Shown piece after piece: positions 20,701 through 29,581 of a DNA stretch of 64,000 bases (positions are counted from its first letter, which is position 1; the number at the start of each line of letters is the position of its first letter). The notes beneath the pieces are model-generated. The model ran no database searches and had not been told where the DNA came from. It saw only the letters and a program-made list of their open reading frames with translations. Origin of the DNA: Candidatus Hermodarchaeota archaeon (lineage in GTDB: Archaea > Asgardarchaeota > Lokiarchaeia > Sigyniarchaeales > SOKP01); NCBI GenBank assembly GCA_048885925.1, contig JBHLLG010000003.1, forward strand, positions 47,323-111,322, written 5' to 3'. The translations under genes and the position numbers were made by a program.

Positions 20701-23117
20701 TGCATAAAGTAGAAAAGAAGAGTGAAGCTGATACAAAAAAATTGAGCATTATTGAAGAAAAAAAAAAAGAAGAAAAAGAATTTGAAAAGCATATTTTAGA
20801 ACTGGTTAATAAAGCAGAAAAACTAGAACGAGAATTTGATTCATCTCTGAAAAAAGCGATAAAAAAAGGTAAGGTAATTGAGTTAACACCATATCCAGAA
20901 ATAATTGAGATATATAAACAAATTAAAGATGAATTGGATGAGAAGGGCTGGGTAGATCAATCGCAAATTTATTTAAACCAAATAAAAATCTATCAGGAGA
21001 AATTAGACAAGCATAAAATTTTGCTTGATAAAGAATCAGAAAAAGCAGAAAAAGTAAAAGAACTTGAAGAACTGAAGAAGGCAGGTAAAAAAGAAGTTAA
21101 ACCATTCAAACCAGAAAGAATTAAAGAACTTGAAGCTGAAAAAGAGGAGGACATATTATTAGACAAAGCGATGAGTCTTATTGATGAGACAGAAAAAGAA
21201 GTTAAAAGTTATGAATTAAGCATAAGGAAAGACATTTTGATGTATGTAAGTCCTTATGAGAAAGCAATCTTTAATTATGAAGAAGCAAGAAAATTATTCC
21301 AAAAAATTGGATGGATTGATGAGGCTAATCGATTAATTAAAACTATCAAATTTTACAAGGATAAGAAAGAAAAAGATGATAAATTAAGAGAGATTGAACA
21401 AAAGAAGTTAGAGAAACCAGAAGTTGAATTAGAAGCTGTAAAGATAGAACTTGATAAGGATTTTCTTGAAAGTCAGAAAAGATTAAGAGAATTTGAAAAA
21501 AAAGAAAAAGAAGCCGATGAAAAAGCAGTTAAAGTATTGTCTTTAATTCAAAATGCTGAAAAGATGGCTCAAGAATATGAATTAAAACTAAAATCGGGAA
21601 TATTTGATTATGAAGCACCATATGAAAAAATTATTGAGATTTATCGTGTTGCTCGCAAAAAATTTGAAGAAATAAATTGGAAAGAAGAATCAGCGAAATT
21701 AATAGATACAATAAATTTTTATAAAGAAAAATTAGAGCAAGATAAGAAGATACGAGCTTTGGAGCTTGAAAAAGTAAAAAAGCGGGAAAAAGAATTACTC
21801 CTTCAACAAAAATTATTAGAACAGGCACGCCAAGAACAGGAAAGATTACTGCAAAAGCGAAAAGAATCTTTACAAGTAAAAAAAGAACGTATTGCACAAT
21901 TTGAGACGGAGAAAGATAAAGCATTTCGTTTAATGGATCAAGCTAAACGTGAATTAAGACTTAATAATTTTGATGAAGCTATTGATATTTATAAGGAAAG
22001 TGAAAAAATGTTTATAGATATGAAGTGGGAAGAAGGAATTATGATGGTTAGAGATTCAATTACAATGATTATTAATAAGAAAAAAGCTTATGAGCTTGAA
22101 CAAAAAGCAGTAGAAGAAAGAAAAGTTGAAGAGCTTGAGTTTGAAGAAAAATTAGAAGAGAAATTAGCTGAAGCGCGCGAAGTAAGAAAAAAGCAACAAG
22201 AAGAGAAACGAAGAGAATTTTTAAAAGTTCAGAGGGAAAAAGAGCGAGAAGAAAAAATCTCAGATGAGGCATATCAACTTTTAGAAGAAGGTACAAATTT
22301 TATGGACCGTAAAAAATTCTCTGAAGCATTCGAGAAATATATGGCAGCAAGAGACTTATTTGAAGAAATAGGGTGGCAAAGAGAGGTTTCAAGAATTAAT
22401 AACGAGCTCCTATTTAAACTTAAAAGAGAAGAAAAACAAGCTGAGATTCTAGAAGAAATAAAGTTGAAAAAAATTGAAGAGGAGAAAGAATTAGAATTAA
22501 TAAAAGAAGAAACGAAAAAAGAACATGAAGAAATGGAAAAGAAGAGAAAAGAAGAAAAAAGAAAGCTTGTAAAGGAAGAATATGACAGAAAAATAGCTGT
22601 TCAACTCAATAAAGCAGAAAAATTAATAGAAAGTTATAGGTATAATGAAGGGATTGTAATAATCAAAGAAGAAATCCAAAAATTAAATATACCAGAAAAG
22701 GAATCTGAAATTAAAGAACTTCATGAAAAAATTGAAAATTTAGGAACCCTTTCTCATATTCCATTAATTACTATTGAAATATCAGGTGAAGAAATTCAAA
22801 ATGCGAATTTTAAAGCAGCTTATACTGCATTAGATGAAGCTCAAATATCTATAATCAATAAAAATTACAAGAAAGCTATATCTGAGTTAAACGAAGCAAA
22901 ATATAATCTTGAAAAGGTTAAAATTGGTAAAAGATTTGTAAAAGAGATTGACGAAAAAATTGATCAATACAGAGAAAAACTTGGAAGAAAACCAAAAGAA
23001 CCAGAAATTGAAGTACTCACTGACGAAGAAACTCAAAAGATTAAAGCAAGAATCATTGCTAGAAGGGAATTGAGGAGAAATAAGGTTTTAGATCTTTTAA
23101 AAAAAAGTTCAAAATAA
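17778..23117 (+). CDS. Giant all-alpha repeat protein (~120 aa units of an MIT/SNAP-like helical bundle plus E/K-rich helix)
   Basis: Recurrent A..M.REYE...KG...PY..II.IY.......GW......QI..Y..KL motif; ATG 17778 is preceded by GAGG. Confidence 0.8.
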   Translation: MEERREENFDKEFDEDEFDPTKEAFFSDMIEMEEEIASEAYELVEHAINLIESQYYNDSIEILRQAIGLYTQINREEEIKAINDKIAEIYVLKEKAFREVEIESEKAAEPVEVPEVIDKSSIFEKQEVMKEFEATEESKAIEEHKVLKDAIKIADLMINAENLLKEAQELINNNYFEEALSKYDEVETIYTELGKSSEIDNLYKLIEDCYNRKAKFLRSIKKEEIREEIDTSVKVEAQSTEDLLKEKRLKEYFENKKREEEISSKAYQLLDKAAELTTQHKYDKALEFYEKGANLFGELNWTYEVRKVQDTIFQLKIEKARYIQRLEEERMKPEKVVETKEEITAQQVTEIEEQDRIAQIEKLREIEFQKMEQEFFKAQIDNMATEAARMAREYELAMQKAIKKGELEEECIYPKVIEIYKKIRELLVDKGWNKEATIYDDTIDIYIQKFEQDKRIRQIEAEKIKKQHEAEKMLKLKKEDIEIHLSEEQIKAKEMQQQKEIEIQNVRNQLNDMSKRADRLAREYELALRKGKFELKCPYPQIINIYKKAKYMAQERGWDTDIAIFSSQIFTYKEKLEKDKKLREIEAEKARKQEEVEKAFKVKREEPKVSLDIEKLKLLEEQRKLEEEKEDFEDMVNAMINRAEKIAREYDTDMKKAIKKGRLAQNPPFLKIINIYEKVKQMFLERGRNEEAIAYGNQINFYSQKLEQDNKLREVEAKKAEREKALEEMHKVDRKVEIDDQRLKASEKKKEEEEFEKFISENVNMAEKMVRDFEIAMRKAYRKGEILETTPYSKVIDIYKNLQEKVYARGWREQSEVYINQIKIYQDKLEKHEKLLEVEVQKAQKEKGLEEMHKVEKESEADTKRLSKIERKKEEKEFEKNIAENVSIAEKMVRDHEIAMRKSYREGKILESTPYPKVIEIYKEIREKIYAKGWKEQAKVFANQIKIYQEKLDKHKNLLEIEAQKAQKQKELEEMHKVEKKSEADTKKLSIIEEKKKEEKEFEKHILELVNKAEKLEREFDSSLKKAIKKGKVIELTPYPEIIEIYKQIKDELDEKGWVDQSQIYLNQIKIYQEKLDKHKILLDKESEKAEKVKELEELKKAGKKEVKPFKPERIKELEAEKEEDILLDKAMSLIDETEKEVKSYELSIRKDILMYVSPYEKAIFNYEEARKLFQKIGWIDEANRLIKTIKFYKDKKEKDDKLREIEQKKLEKPEVELEAVKIELDKDFLESQKRLREFEKKEKEADEKAVKVLSLIQNAEKMAQEYELKLKSGIFDYEAPYEKIIEIYRVARKKFEEINWKEESAKLIDTINFYKEKLEQDKKIRALELEKVKKREKELLLQQKLLEQARQEQERLLQKRKESLQVKKERIAQFETEKDKAFRLMDQAKRELRLNNFDEAIDIYKESEKMFIDMKWEEGIMMVRDSITMIINKKKAYELEQKAVEERKVEELEFEEKLEEKLAEAREVRKKQQEEKRREFLKVQREKEREEKISDEAYQLLEEGTNFMDRKKFSEAFEKYMAARDLFEEIGWQREVSRINNELLFKLKREEKQAEILEEIKLKKIEEEKELELIKEETKKEHEEMEKKRKEEKRKLVKEEYDRKIAVQLNKAEKLIESYRYNEGIVIIKEEIQKLNIPEKESEIKELHEKIENLGTLSHIPLITIEISGEEIQNANFKAAYTALDEAQISIINKNYKKAISELNEAKYNLEKVKIGKRFVKEIDEKIDQYREKLGRKPKEPEIEVLTDEETQKIKARIIARRELRRNKVLDLLKKSSK
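19962..20746 (+). repeat. Intragenic tandem repeat with 369 bp period
   Basis: GAAATGCATAAAG recurs with its ATG at 19962, 20331 and 20700; 20323-20377 and 20692-20746 match at 53 of 55 nt. Confidence 0.85.
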
Positions 23118-23164
23118 GATTCTAATTTTTGAGTTAGATTTACTTTTCAAAATAAAAAAAAGTT

Positions 23165-23386
23165 TTATATTAATAGATTTTCTTGAAGTTCACTTTCTAC
23201 TTCCGATTCTATTGCGCTGGGGGCAAGATTCCGGTTTACTGATTCCTCTATCAAATATTCTGTTTTAATTAGATCTCTTATTGCTACGCGAATAGCTTCT
23301 GACCTATTAGGGAATTTTCCGTCAACTACAAGTAATTCTAAGACTTTTAAATAAGACTCAGGTAAGTTTACTGATATTAATTTCAT
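23165..23386 (-). CDS. Ribbon-helix-helix (CopG/Arc/MetJ) regulator, CdrS-like
   Basis: MKLISVNLPESY...LV..GKFPNRSEAIRVAIRDLI; likely start ATG 23386. Confidence 0.85.
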   Translation of the reverse strand: MKLISVNLPESYLKVLELLVVDGKFPNRSEAIRVAIRDLIKTEYLIEESVNRNLAPSAIESEVESELQENLLI

Positions 23387-23688
23387 TAAAATCATGAATT
23401 TATTTGATTTATTGATGAATATACATATCACCTTAGTAATATTTAAAGATTTAGTGGAAAAAGACCCCAAGAAATCCGACAAAATGTTAAAATGCCTTTA
23501 TATTTTAATCTAGGGTGATTCTTCACAATTATTTAGATAAAAAGTCTTGTTTTTAAACATTTAATAGATTATTGTATTTTTATTCAATCCAAAAATTTTT
23601 ATATATGCCTTAGATGTAACACGTAACATCGACTAAAAATAATATAATCAAAAATAAATTCATAAAAATTAAATATATGTAGCGAGGA

Positions 23689-24012
23689 ATGAATATGTCT
23701 AGTATTGATACCCAATTAAAAGAACATCTAAAGAGTGGGGGTGATTGGGAAAAAATGGAGACTCCCGTTCCGGGTGTTTTCGTAGTTAAAGTCCCTGCAA
23801 CAAAAACAAAGCCAGCACTACTATTTCTAGAGATTAATCCTTTAAAAGATGATGGTAAACCACTAAAAAAGAGAGGGTTATTTGTTGGCTCTAAAGAAAT
23901 GTTATTGAAATTTAGTGAAGCATTGAATGATGACAAGACTTTTCAGTTGATTGGAGAACTAGAGAAAATTAATCCTGAAATTAAAACAAGAGCTAAAAAA
24001 TTGAAAATGTAA
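23689..24012 (+). CDS. Conserved archaeal hypothetical protein (possible PC4-like fold)
   Basis: DWEK.ETPVPGVFVVKVP...LEINP...GKP.KKRGL; the fold assignment is an inference. Confidence 0.7.
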   Translation: MNMSSIDTQLKEHLKSGGDWEKMETPVPGVFVVKVPATKTKPALLFLEINPLKDDGKPLKKRGLFVGSKEMLLKFSEALNDDKTFQLIGELEKINPEIKTRAKKLKM

Positions 24013-24219
24013 GGAAGAAATAAATTTTGTTATTTCTTTAAGCTATTATTTGTTTTATGATTAGTTTTCACTTATAAGAAAATATTTAATTTCTAATTTT
24101 ATTATTTATTTAATATTACTACTAAGTAAAAGTATAAAATTCAAATAGATTAAACCAATATTATAATAAAAGTTATAGAATTAAAAAAAAGTAATAAATT
24201 TAAGAGCTGAATTAGAGAA

Positions 24220-24504
24220 ATGTCTGAAGAGGATGGAGTTCATTGCATTGTTTGTGGAAAAGATCAGTTCTCTTTAGCCCACGATGAATGGATGAGAAGA
24301 GCTTTTCCTTTTGTAGAACAAGGACAACTAAAAATGTGTTCTGGTTGCGGAGCCAAATATCTTATATGTGAGAGTTGCGGAGGTCTATACTGCCGTATAC
24401 ACCCTGCTCTTGAAAGTTGGGAGCTTCCAGACAAATGTCCTAAGTGTGGATGGTTAAATGAAAGCGTTAGAGCTTGGGATGGAACCTCTGCTCGCCATTT
24501 TTAA
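24220..24504 (+). CDS. Multi-CxxC zinc-finger protein
   Basis: CIVC, CSGC, CESC and CPKC in 94 aa. Confidence 0.8.
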   Translation: MSEEDGVHCIVCGKDQFSLAHDEWMRRAFPFVEQGQLKMCSGCGAKYLICESCGGLYCRIHPALESWELPDKCPKCGWLNESVRAWDGTSARHF

Positions 24505-24686
24505 TACTTATGTTTATAAATGCTTATTTAATTTTAATTTTTTTAAAATACTATTATTTTAATTGAAAGTAGTATTAATTAACATCTCATTTGTAATTTT
24601 ATAAATTTAAGGTCAAGAAAATTTAAATTTTAAAATAGCAATAATTATTTTAATAAAAAAGTATATGAAATTGACGATGGTTTTAT

Positions 24687-25154
24687 ATGAGTTCAAATAT
24701 TAAAGTCGAAGTTGCAAATCCTGAACATATAGAAAGCTTAAGAGATTTAACTAAAGAATTGGTTGAAGGATTGGGGCAAGAATTTGATCAAAAGCGATTT
24801 GACTGGGGAATTCGACGTCGTCTTTACGATCCGCTTCAACGGCATGGTATTTTAATAGCTCTTGACGAAGATTCTAATGAAGTGATTGGAATGATTATTG
24901 CAGAACTACGGATTGATCCATTCGGCTCATCTGAAGGATATATTAAACAATTTTTTCTGAAAGAGCCATATCGTAAACAAGGTGTAGGGAGTTCTTTATT
25001 AGAAAAAGCATTAGAGCATTTGAAAAAGATAAAAGTAGAAAAAGTGAAAGTTAATATTAAAGAAAAAGCGTTAGAAGCAACTAAACTCTATGAAAAAATG
25101 AATTTCAAGAAGGTGTATGAGGTTCTAGAATTAGATTTAACAGATAAGAGCTAA
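24687..25154 (+). CDS. GNAT-family N-acetyltransferase
   Basis: YRKQGVGSSLL acetyl-CoA-binding motif; ATKLYEKMNF. Confidence 0.88.
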   Translation: MSSNIKVEVANPEHIESLRDLTKELVEGLGQEFDQKRFDWGIRRRLYDPLQRHGILIALDEDSNEVIGMIIAELRIDPFGSSEGYIKQFFLKEPYRKQGVGSSLLEKALEHLKKIKVEKVKVNIKEKALEATKLYEKMNFKKVYEVLELDLTDKS

Positions 25155-25178
25155 AAGAATTAAAAGTAATTTGAAAAA

Positions 25179-26150
25179 ATGAGTTTAGAAACACCTTGGG
25201 TTGAAAAATATCGGCCTGAAACATTTGATGATATTGTAAGTCAGAGTATTGCGATTAATAACCTAAAAGAATTTGTAAAAACTACGGATATACCTCATCT
25301 GATTTTTACGGGTCCTGCAGGAACTGGAAAAACTAGTACCGCCTTAATAATCGCAAAAAGTTTTCTTAATGAAGAAGAATTTGATACAAACCTACTAGAA
25401 TTGAATGCTTCTGACACCGTACGGATAGATTTTGTAAGAAATGTTCTTAAGAGTTTTGTAAATCAACATTTAGTTAAAAATGGGTCTTTAAAGTTTGTGA
25501 TTTTAGATGAAGCTGATAATATTCCTTCACAAGTTCAGCAAGCTCTTAGGAGAATTATTGAAAAAGCATCAACTAATATAAAGTTCATACTTTTATGTAA
25601 TTATATTAATAGGATTATAGATCCAATAGTATCTCGATGCGCTGTATTTAGATTTGTAACTTTACCTAAAGAAAAAATAGTAGAAAGATTAAGATATATA
25701 GCAAAAAAGGAGAAATTAAAAATACCGTCTAATCAATCAGAAGAATTCTTCAGTCAATTATATTTCATTTCTGGAGGAGATTTAAGGAAAGCAATCAATA
25801 GTCTCCAAATGGCTGTTGCACTTGAACTTTTAGATAATTTAGACATTAACGAGATATTAAGAATTTCTGGATTCTTAGACAAAGAAACATTGAAAAGTTT
25901 AATTTTTTCTCTTAAGAGCAAAGATTATAGGAAATCAAGAGAAATTCTTAGTTCGATTGAAACTTTTGATAGTCGAAATTTCATAAGACAAATATCAGAG
26001 TACATACCTTCATTAAATATTTCACCTGAAAATATTATTAGTTTAAAAGCCTTTATTGGAGATATAGATTATCGAATAAGCCAAGGTGCTGATGAACAGG
26101 TTCAGATTTCAGCTCTGTTATCGGCAATCATTGAGAATATTCAATCTTGA
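25179..26150 (+). CDS. rfcS: Replication factor C small subunit
   Basis: PWVEKYRP, GPAGTGKT, ELNASD, ILDEAD, SRC, GDLRKAIN. Confidence 0.95.
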   Translation: MSLETPWVEKYRPETFDDIVSQSIAINNLKEFVKTTDIPHLIFTGPAGTGKTSTALIIAKSFLNEEEFDTNLLELNASDTVRIDFVRNVLKSFVNQHLVKNGSLKFVILDEADNIPSQVQQALRRIIEKASTNIKFILLCNYINRIIDPIVSRCAVFRFVTLPKEKIVERLRYIAKKEKLKIPSNQSEEFFSQLYFISGGDLRKAINSLQMAVALELLDNLDINEILRISGFLDKETLKSLIFSLKSKDYRKSREILSSIETFDSRNFIRQISEYIPSLNISPENIISLKAFIGDIDYRISQGADEQVQISALLSAIIENIQS

Positions 26151-26192
26151 TTATTTATTAGAAAATTTAAAGAGAGAAAGAGATAGTTAAAT

Positions 26193-27239
26193 ATGATTGA
26201 ACAAATTCCGATTTGGCGAATTAAGTATCATCCAAAAAGTTTAGACGAAGTTTGCGGCAGAGATGAGGTAAAAGAGACTTTAAAACGTATGATTCACCAA
26301 AGAAACTTTCCACATTTATTATTTATTGGTTCAAAAGGTATAGGAAAAACTTCAATTGCTCAATTATTCTCAAAGGAGTTTCTTGGTAATAATTATAATG
26401 CAAATTTTAAATTAGTTTATGCTGATGTTCCTTTAAGCGAAGAAGAGAGAACTGAAGCAAGATCTGATGCATATGTTTCTACAAGTAAAATTGGAAGTAT
26501 AGCAGGAAAAAGGATAACAACACCCGCGTTTATTCAGGCTAGAGTTAAACCCTTTGTACAATTGAAAGTGTTAGGAGATGCCCCATTTAAAATTCTAATT
26601 GTAAAAAATTTTGAAGCTTTAGGTGGGGATCAACAAGGCTTTAGAAGACTAATGGAAAAGTATGGCACAAATTGCAGAATGATATTGATTAGCACGAAAA
26701 TTTCAAGTATCATTGATCCTATTGTTAGTAGATGCCAAATTTTCTTAATTTCTAGAATTAAGTTTAACAATTTCAACGAATTAATTAAAAAAATCGCTAA
26801 AAAGGAATCTTTAGAAATTTCTAATGAGGTAAGTGAAATTTTGTACAAAATATCTGATGGAAAAATATCTCGAGCAATTGATATTTTACAATTATGTAGT
26901 ATTTCAGAAAACAAAATAGATTCTGAAAAGATTTATGAAACATCTCAATTTTTTCATAATGAACTTATACAAAGTCTTTTAATGATTGCTTTCAAAGGAG
27001 ATTTCCCTAAAGCTCGAGAATTATCACGCAAAATCCTTTCTAATTATAAATTTGATCTGAGCGAGTTCTTTAAACTTTTAATCAATGAATTAAACAAATT
27101 GCCTTTAAGTAAATTTGCACGGATTAAATTAATAAATTTTATTGCAGATTCTGATTTTAGAGCAATTGATGGGAGAGATAATGATATTCAAATATCTGGT
27201 CTTTTATCAAAAATATGTTTATTTTCGGATTATATGTGA
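26193..27239 (+). CDS. Second RFC small subunit with degenerate Walker B
   Basis: WRIKYHP, GSKGIGKT, Walker B replaced by LIVKNFEAL, RRLMEKY, SRC retained. Confidence 0.85.
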   Translation: MIEQIPIWRIKYHPKSLDEVCGRDEVKETLKRMIHQRNFPHLLFIGSKGIGKTSIAQLFSKEFLGNNYNANFKLVYADVPLSEEERTEARSDAYVSTSKIGSIAGKRITTPAFIQARVKPFVQLKVLGDAPFKILIVKNFEALGGDQQGFRRLMEKYGTNCRMILISTKISSIIDPIVSRCQIFLISRIKFNNFNELIKKIAKKESLEISNEVSEILYKISDGKISRAIDILQLCSISENKIDSEKIYETSQFFHNELIQSLLMIAFKGDFPKARELSRKILSNYKFDLSEFFKLLINELNKLPLSKFARIKLINFIADSDFRAIDGRDNDIQISGLLSKICLFSDYM

Positions 27240-27250
27240 GGATTTAAATC

Positions 27251-28606
27251 ATGTCAAAAAAGAAAGTTGAGATTCCGTGGGTGGAGAAATATCGTCCAAA
27301 AAGTATAAAAGACATGGCTTTACCTTCAGCACGGATGGGTGGTCAAAGGGTTAAATTAGCTGAGCAATTAATGAACTTTATTGAAAACTTTTTCCTAGAA
27401 AGAAGAAGAATTAATAAAGAAAACAGAGAGATTCGCGAATTTAATAGAACCGTTATTGAAAAAGACCAAAAAGAAGAATTGAAAATTCCCTCTGAAAAAG
27501 CAGCAATTTTATTAGAAGGACCTCCCGGGATTGGAAAAACTTCTATTGTTTATGCTCTTGCGAATGACTTAAATATGGAAGTAATAGAAACTAACGCATC
27601 AGATACGCGAACAAGAGCTACTTTAGAAAGAAGGTTGAAAGAAACTGTTAAATCTCGTGGAATTATGGATTATATAACAGAATCAAAAGAGAAACTTATA
27701 CTTATTGATGAAATTGATGGGATATATGGTGTTCAAGACAGAGGTGCTATTCCTACCGTAATCGATTTAATTGAGAATACTCAGTTTCCTATTATAATGT
27801 GTTCAAATGAATATAAAACAAATCTACAACCACTCTATAATAAAATATTGAGATATGAAGTTCATCCTTTAGCTAAGAAAGAAGTAATTAAAATTACACA
27901 AAACATTCTCAAGAAAGAAAAAATCACAAATCTGAAAGATGATGATTTGGAATTAATAATTGAAAAGAATAATGGAGATTTGAGAGGAGTGATAAATGAT
28001 GTTCAAGGAATATGTCAAGGCGGAATAGAAGAAGATACTAAGGAATTGATTCTGAGTCTCCACCGTGATAATATTGAAGAAATTTTCTCATTAATTAGAG
28101 ATTTGTTTAAAATATCCACATTAAGGGAAGCTCGAAACTTAACTGATAAATCTGATGTTGATTATAACTTTCTATACAAATGGATAAATGAAAATCTAGT
28201 TTTATTCATGAAATCTAACAGAGAACTTTCTGATGCTTTTGAAAATCTTTCATTAGCAGATGAAATATTTGGAAGAATTCGTATTAACCAATATTGGGGA
28301 TTATTACCTTATTTTTTTGACCTTTTTGCAGGAGGTGTTGCATTATCACGAAAAGAGACACCTATTGCCAAGGGATTTCAAAGAGTTGTTTTTCCTCGAT
28401 ATTCTTCTGGAACTTATTTTTCTTTAAGTAATAATGAAAAAGAATTTATTGGGAAACTCAAAAGAAAATTTGAAATTTCTCAAGTTGATTTTATTCAAGA
28501 ATTCCTTCCATTTTTAAAAATTTTATGTGGAGCTTCGCGAAAACAATTAAAATCTGTGAGTGATTGGTTAGATTTAGATGCAAAAGAAAAGAAAATATTG
28601 AAATAA
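27251..28606 (+). CDS. rfcL: Replication factor C large subunit
   Basis: PWVEKYRP, GPPGIGKT, ETNASD, LIDEIDG, GDLRGVIND, WINEN, LSLAD. Confidence 0.93.
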   Translation: MSKKKVEIPWVEKYRPKSIKDMALPSARMGGQRVKLAEQLMNFIENFFLERRRINKENREIREFNRTVIEKDQKEELKIPSEKAAILLEGPPGIGKTSIVYALANDLNMEVIETNASDTRTRATLERRLKETVKSRGIMDYITESKEKLILIDEIDGIYGVQDRGAIPTVIDLIENTQFPIIMCSNEYKTNLQPLYNKILRYEVHPLAKKEVIKITQNILKKEKITNLKDDDLELIIEKNNGDLRGVINDVQGICQGGIEEDTKELILSLHRDNIEEIFSLIRDLFKISTLREARNLTDKSDVDYNFLYKWINENLVLFMKSNRELSDAFENLSLADEIFGRIRINQYWGLLPYFFDLFAGGVALSRKETPIAKGFQRVVFPRYSSGTYFSLSNNEKEFIGKLKRKFEISQVDFIQEFLPFLKILCGASRKQLKSVSDWLDLDAKEKKILK

Positions 28607-28848
28607 ATTTAGATCTCCAAAAGTGAGTTGATCCATAATTCAAAATAGTAATGAGATATTTAGAATGTATTAAAAAAAATTATTAGAATAATGAAATACT
28701 CAATTATTCTTACCAATTTTCAATTATCTCTAAAAGTTTTTATTTATAGCTTTTTGTTTAATTCAATTTTGTGGATTATATTTTACCCAAAATTTTAAAT
28801 TCTAACTAATTAAGAAATAAATTAAAAAACAAAATCTAAAAAACAAAA

Positions 28849-29466
28849 ATGTCTGATACAGAAGTTGTTAAAGAAGTTGAAAGTGTTTTATCAAAAAATA
28901 TCCAATTAACAATACAAATTGTTGGAGCTGCTATTTTTGGAGCCTTATCTTTAGTTTTATCATTATATGTAGTACCGTACTTACCTAGAACTCCAGAAGG
29001 TTTTGCTTATTTTGATCCTGTCTCAATAATTTGGGTTACTTGTTTTTTAATATTCGGTCCTTTAGCAGGGATTTTATGTTGTATAATTGGAATGGTGGTA
29101 TTATTTCCATTTGATCCTTTTGCACCAATCGGTCCTCTAATGAAATTTTCTGCTACTTTTTCTTTAATAATTGTTCCTATATTATTGTTATATTTGCTTA
29201 AACGCAAAGAAGGTAAGAGAATGAGCCAACAATTAAAAGAGCTTAAAACTTATGTTTTATACGGAGTATTAGGAATAGGCTTTAGAATTGTAATAATGGT
29301 AATTTTAAATATTTTAGTTTATTTGTATTACTACGGTTCAGAAGGATTGGAATATTGGGTAATTTTAGTTATTTTGCTTAATACTCTAACAAGTTTATGG
29401 GATTTATTATTTCCATACTTGTTAGTTTTTACAACTAAGCTGGACGAAAAATTTGAAATTTGGTAA
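28849..29466 (+). CDS. ECF-transporter S-component-like membrane protein
   Basis: AAIFGALS (AxxxA), FDPVSI and FGPLAG; ~6 TM. Confidence 0.7.
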   Translation: MSDTEVVKEVESVLSKNIQLTIQIVGAAIFGALSLVLSLYVVPYLPRTPEGFAYFDPVSIIWVTCFLIFGPLAGILCCIIGMVVLFPFDPFAPIGPLMKFSATFSLIIVPILLLYLLKRKEGKRMSQQLKELKTYVLYGVLGIGFRIVIMVILNILVYLYYYGSEGLEYWVILVILLNTLTSLWDLLFPYLLVFTTKLDEKFEIW

Positions 29467-29581
29467 TTAAGCTAAATTTCTTAATTTTTTTTATATTTTT
29501 AAACAGATAATAAGATTTTTTTTGAGTAATTTATGTATTAAATTACAGTAAATTTTTAATATCAAGTTAAATAAAGAGCAG

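Noticed and set aside
17253-22296. Minus-strand ORFs inside and around the giant gene (17253, 17696, 17990, 19478, 19582, 19886, 20013, 21631, 22072) and 20041+
   Set aside because: Shadow ORFs. The S/F/L-rich translations are the expected antisense or off-frame reading of E/K-rich codons.
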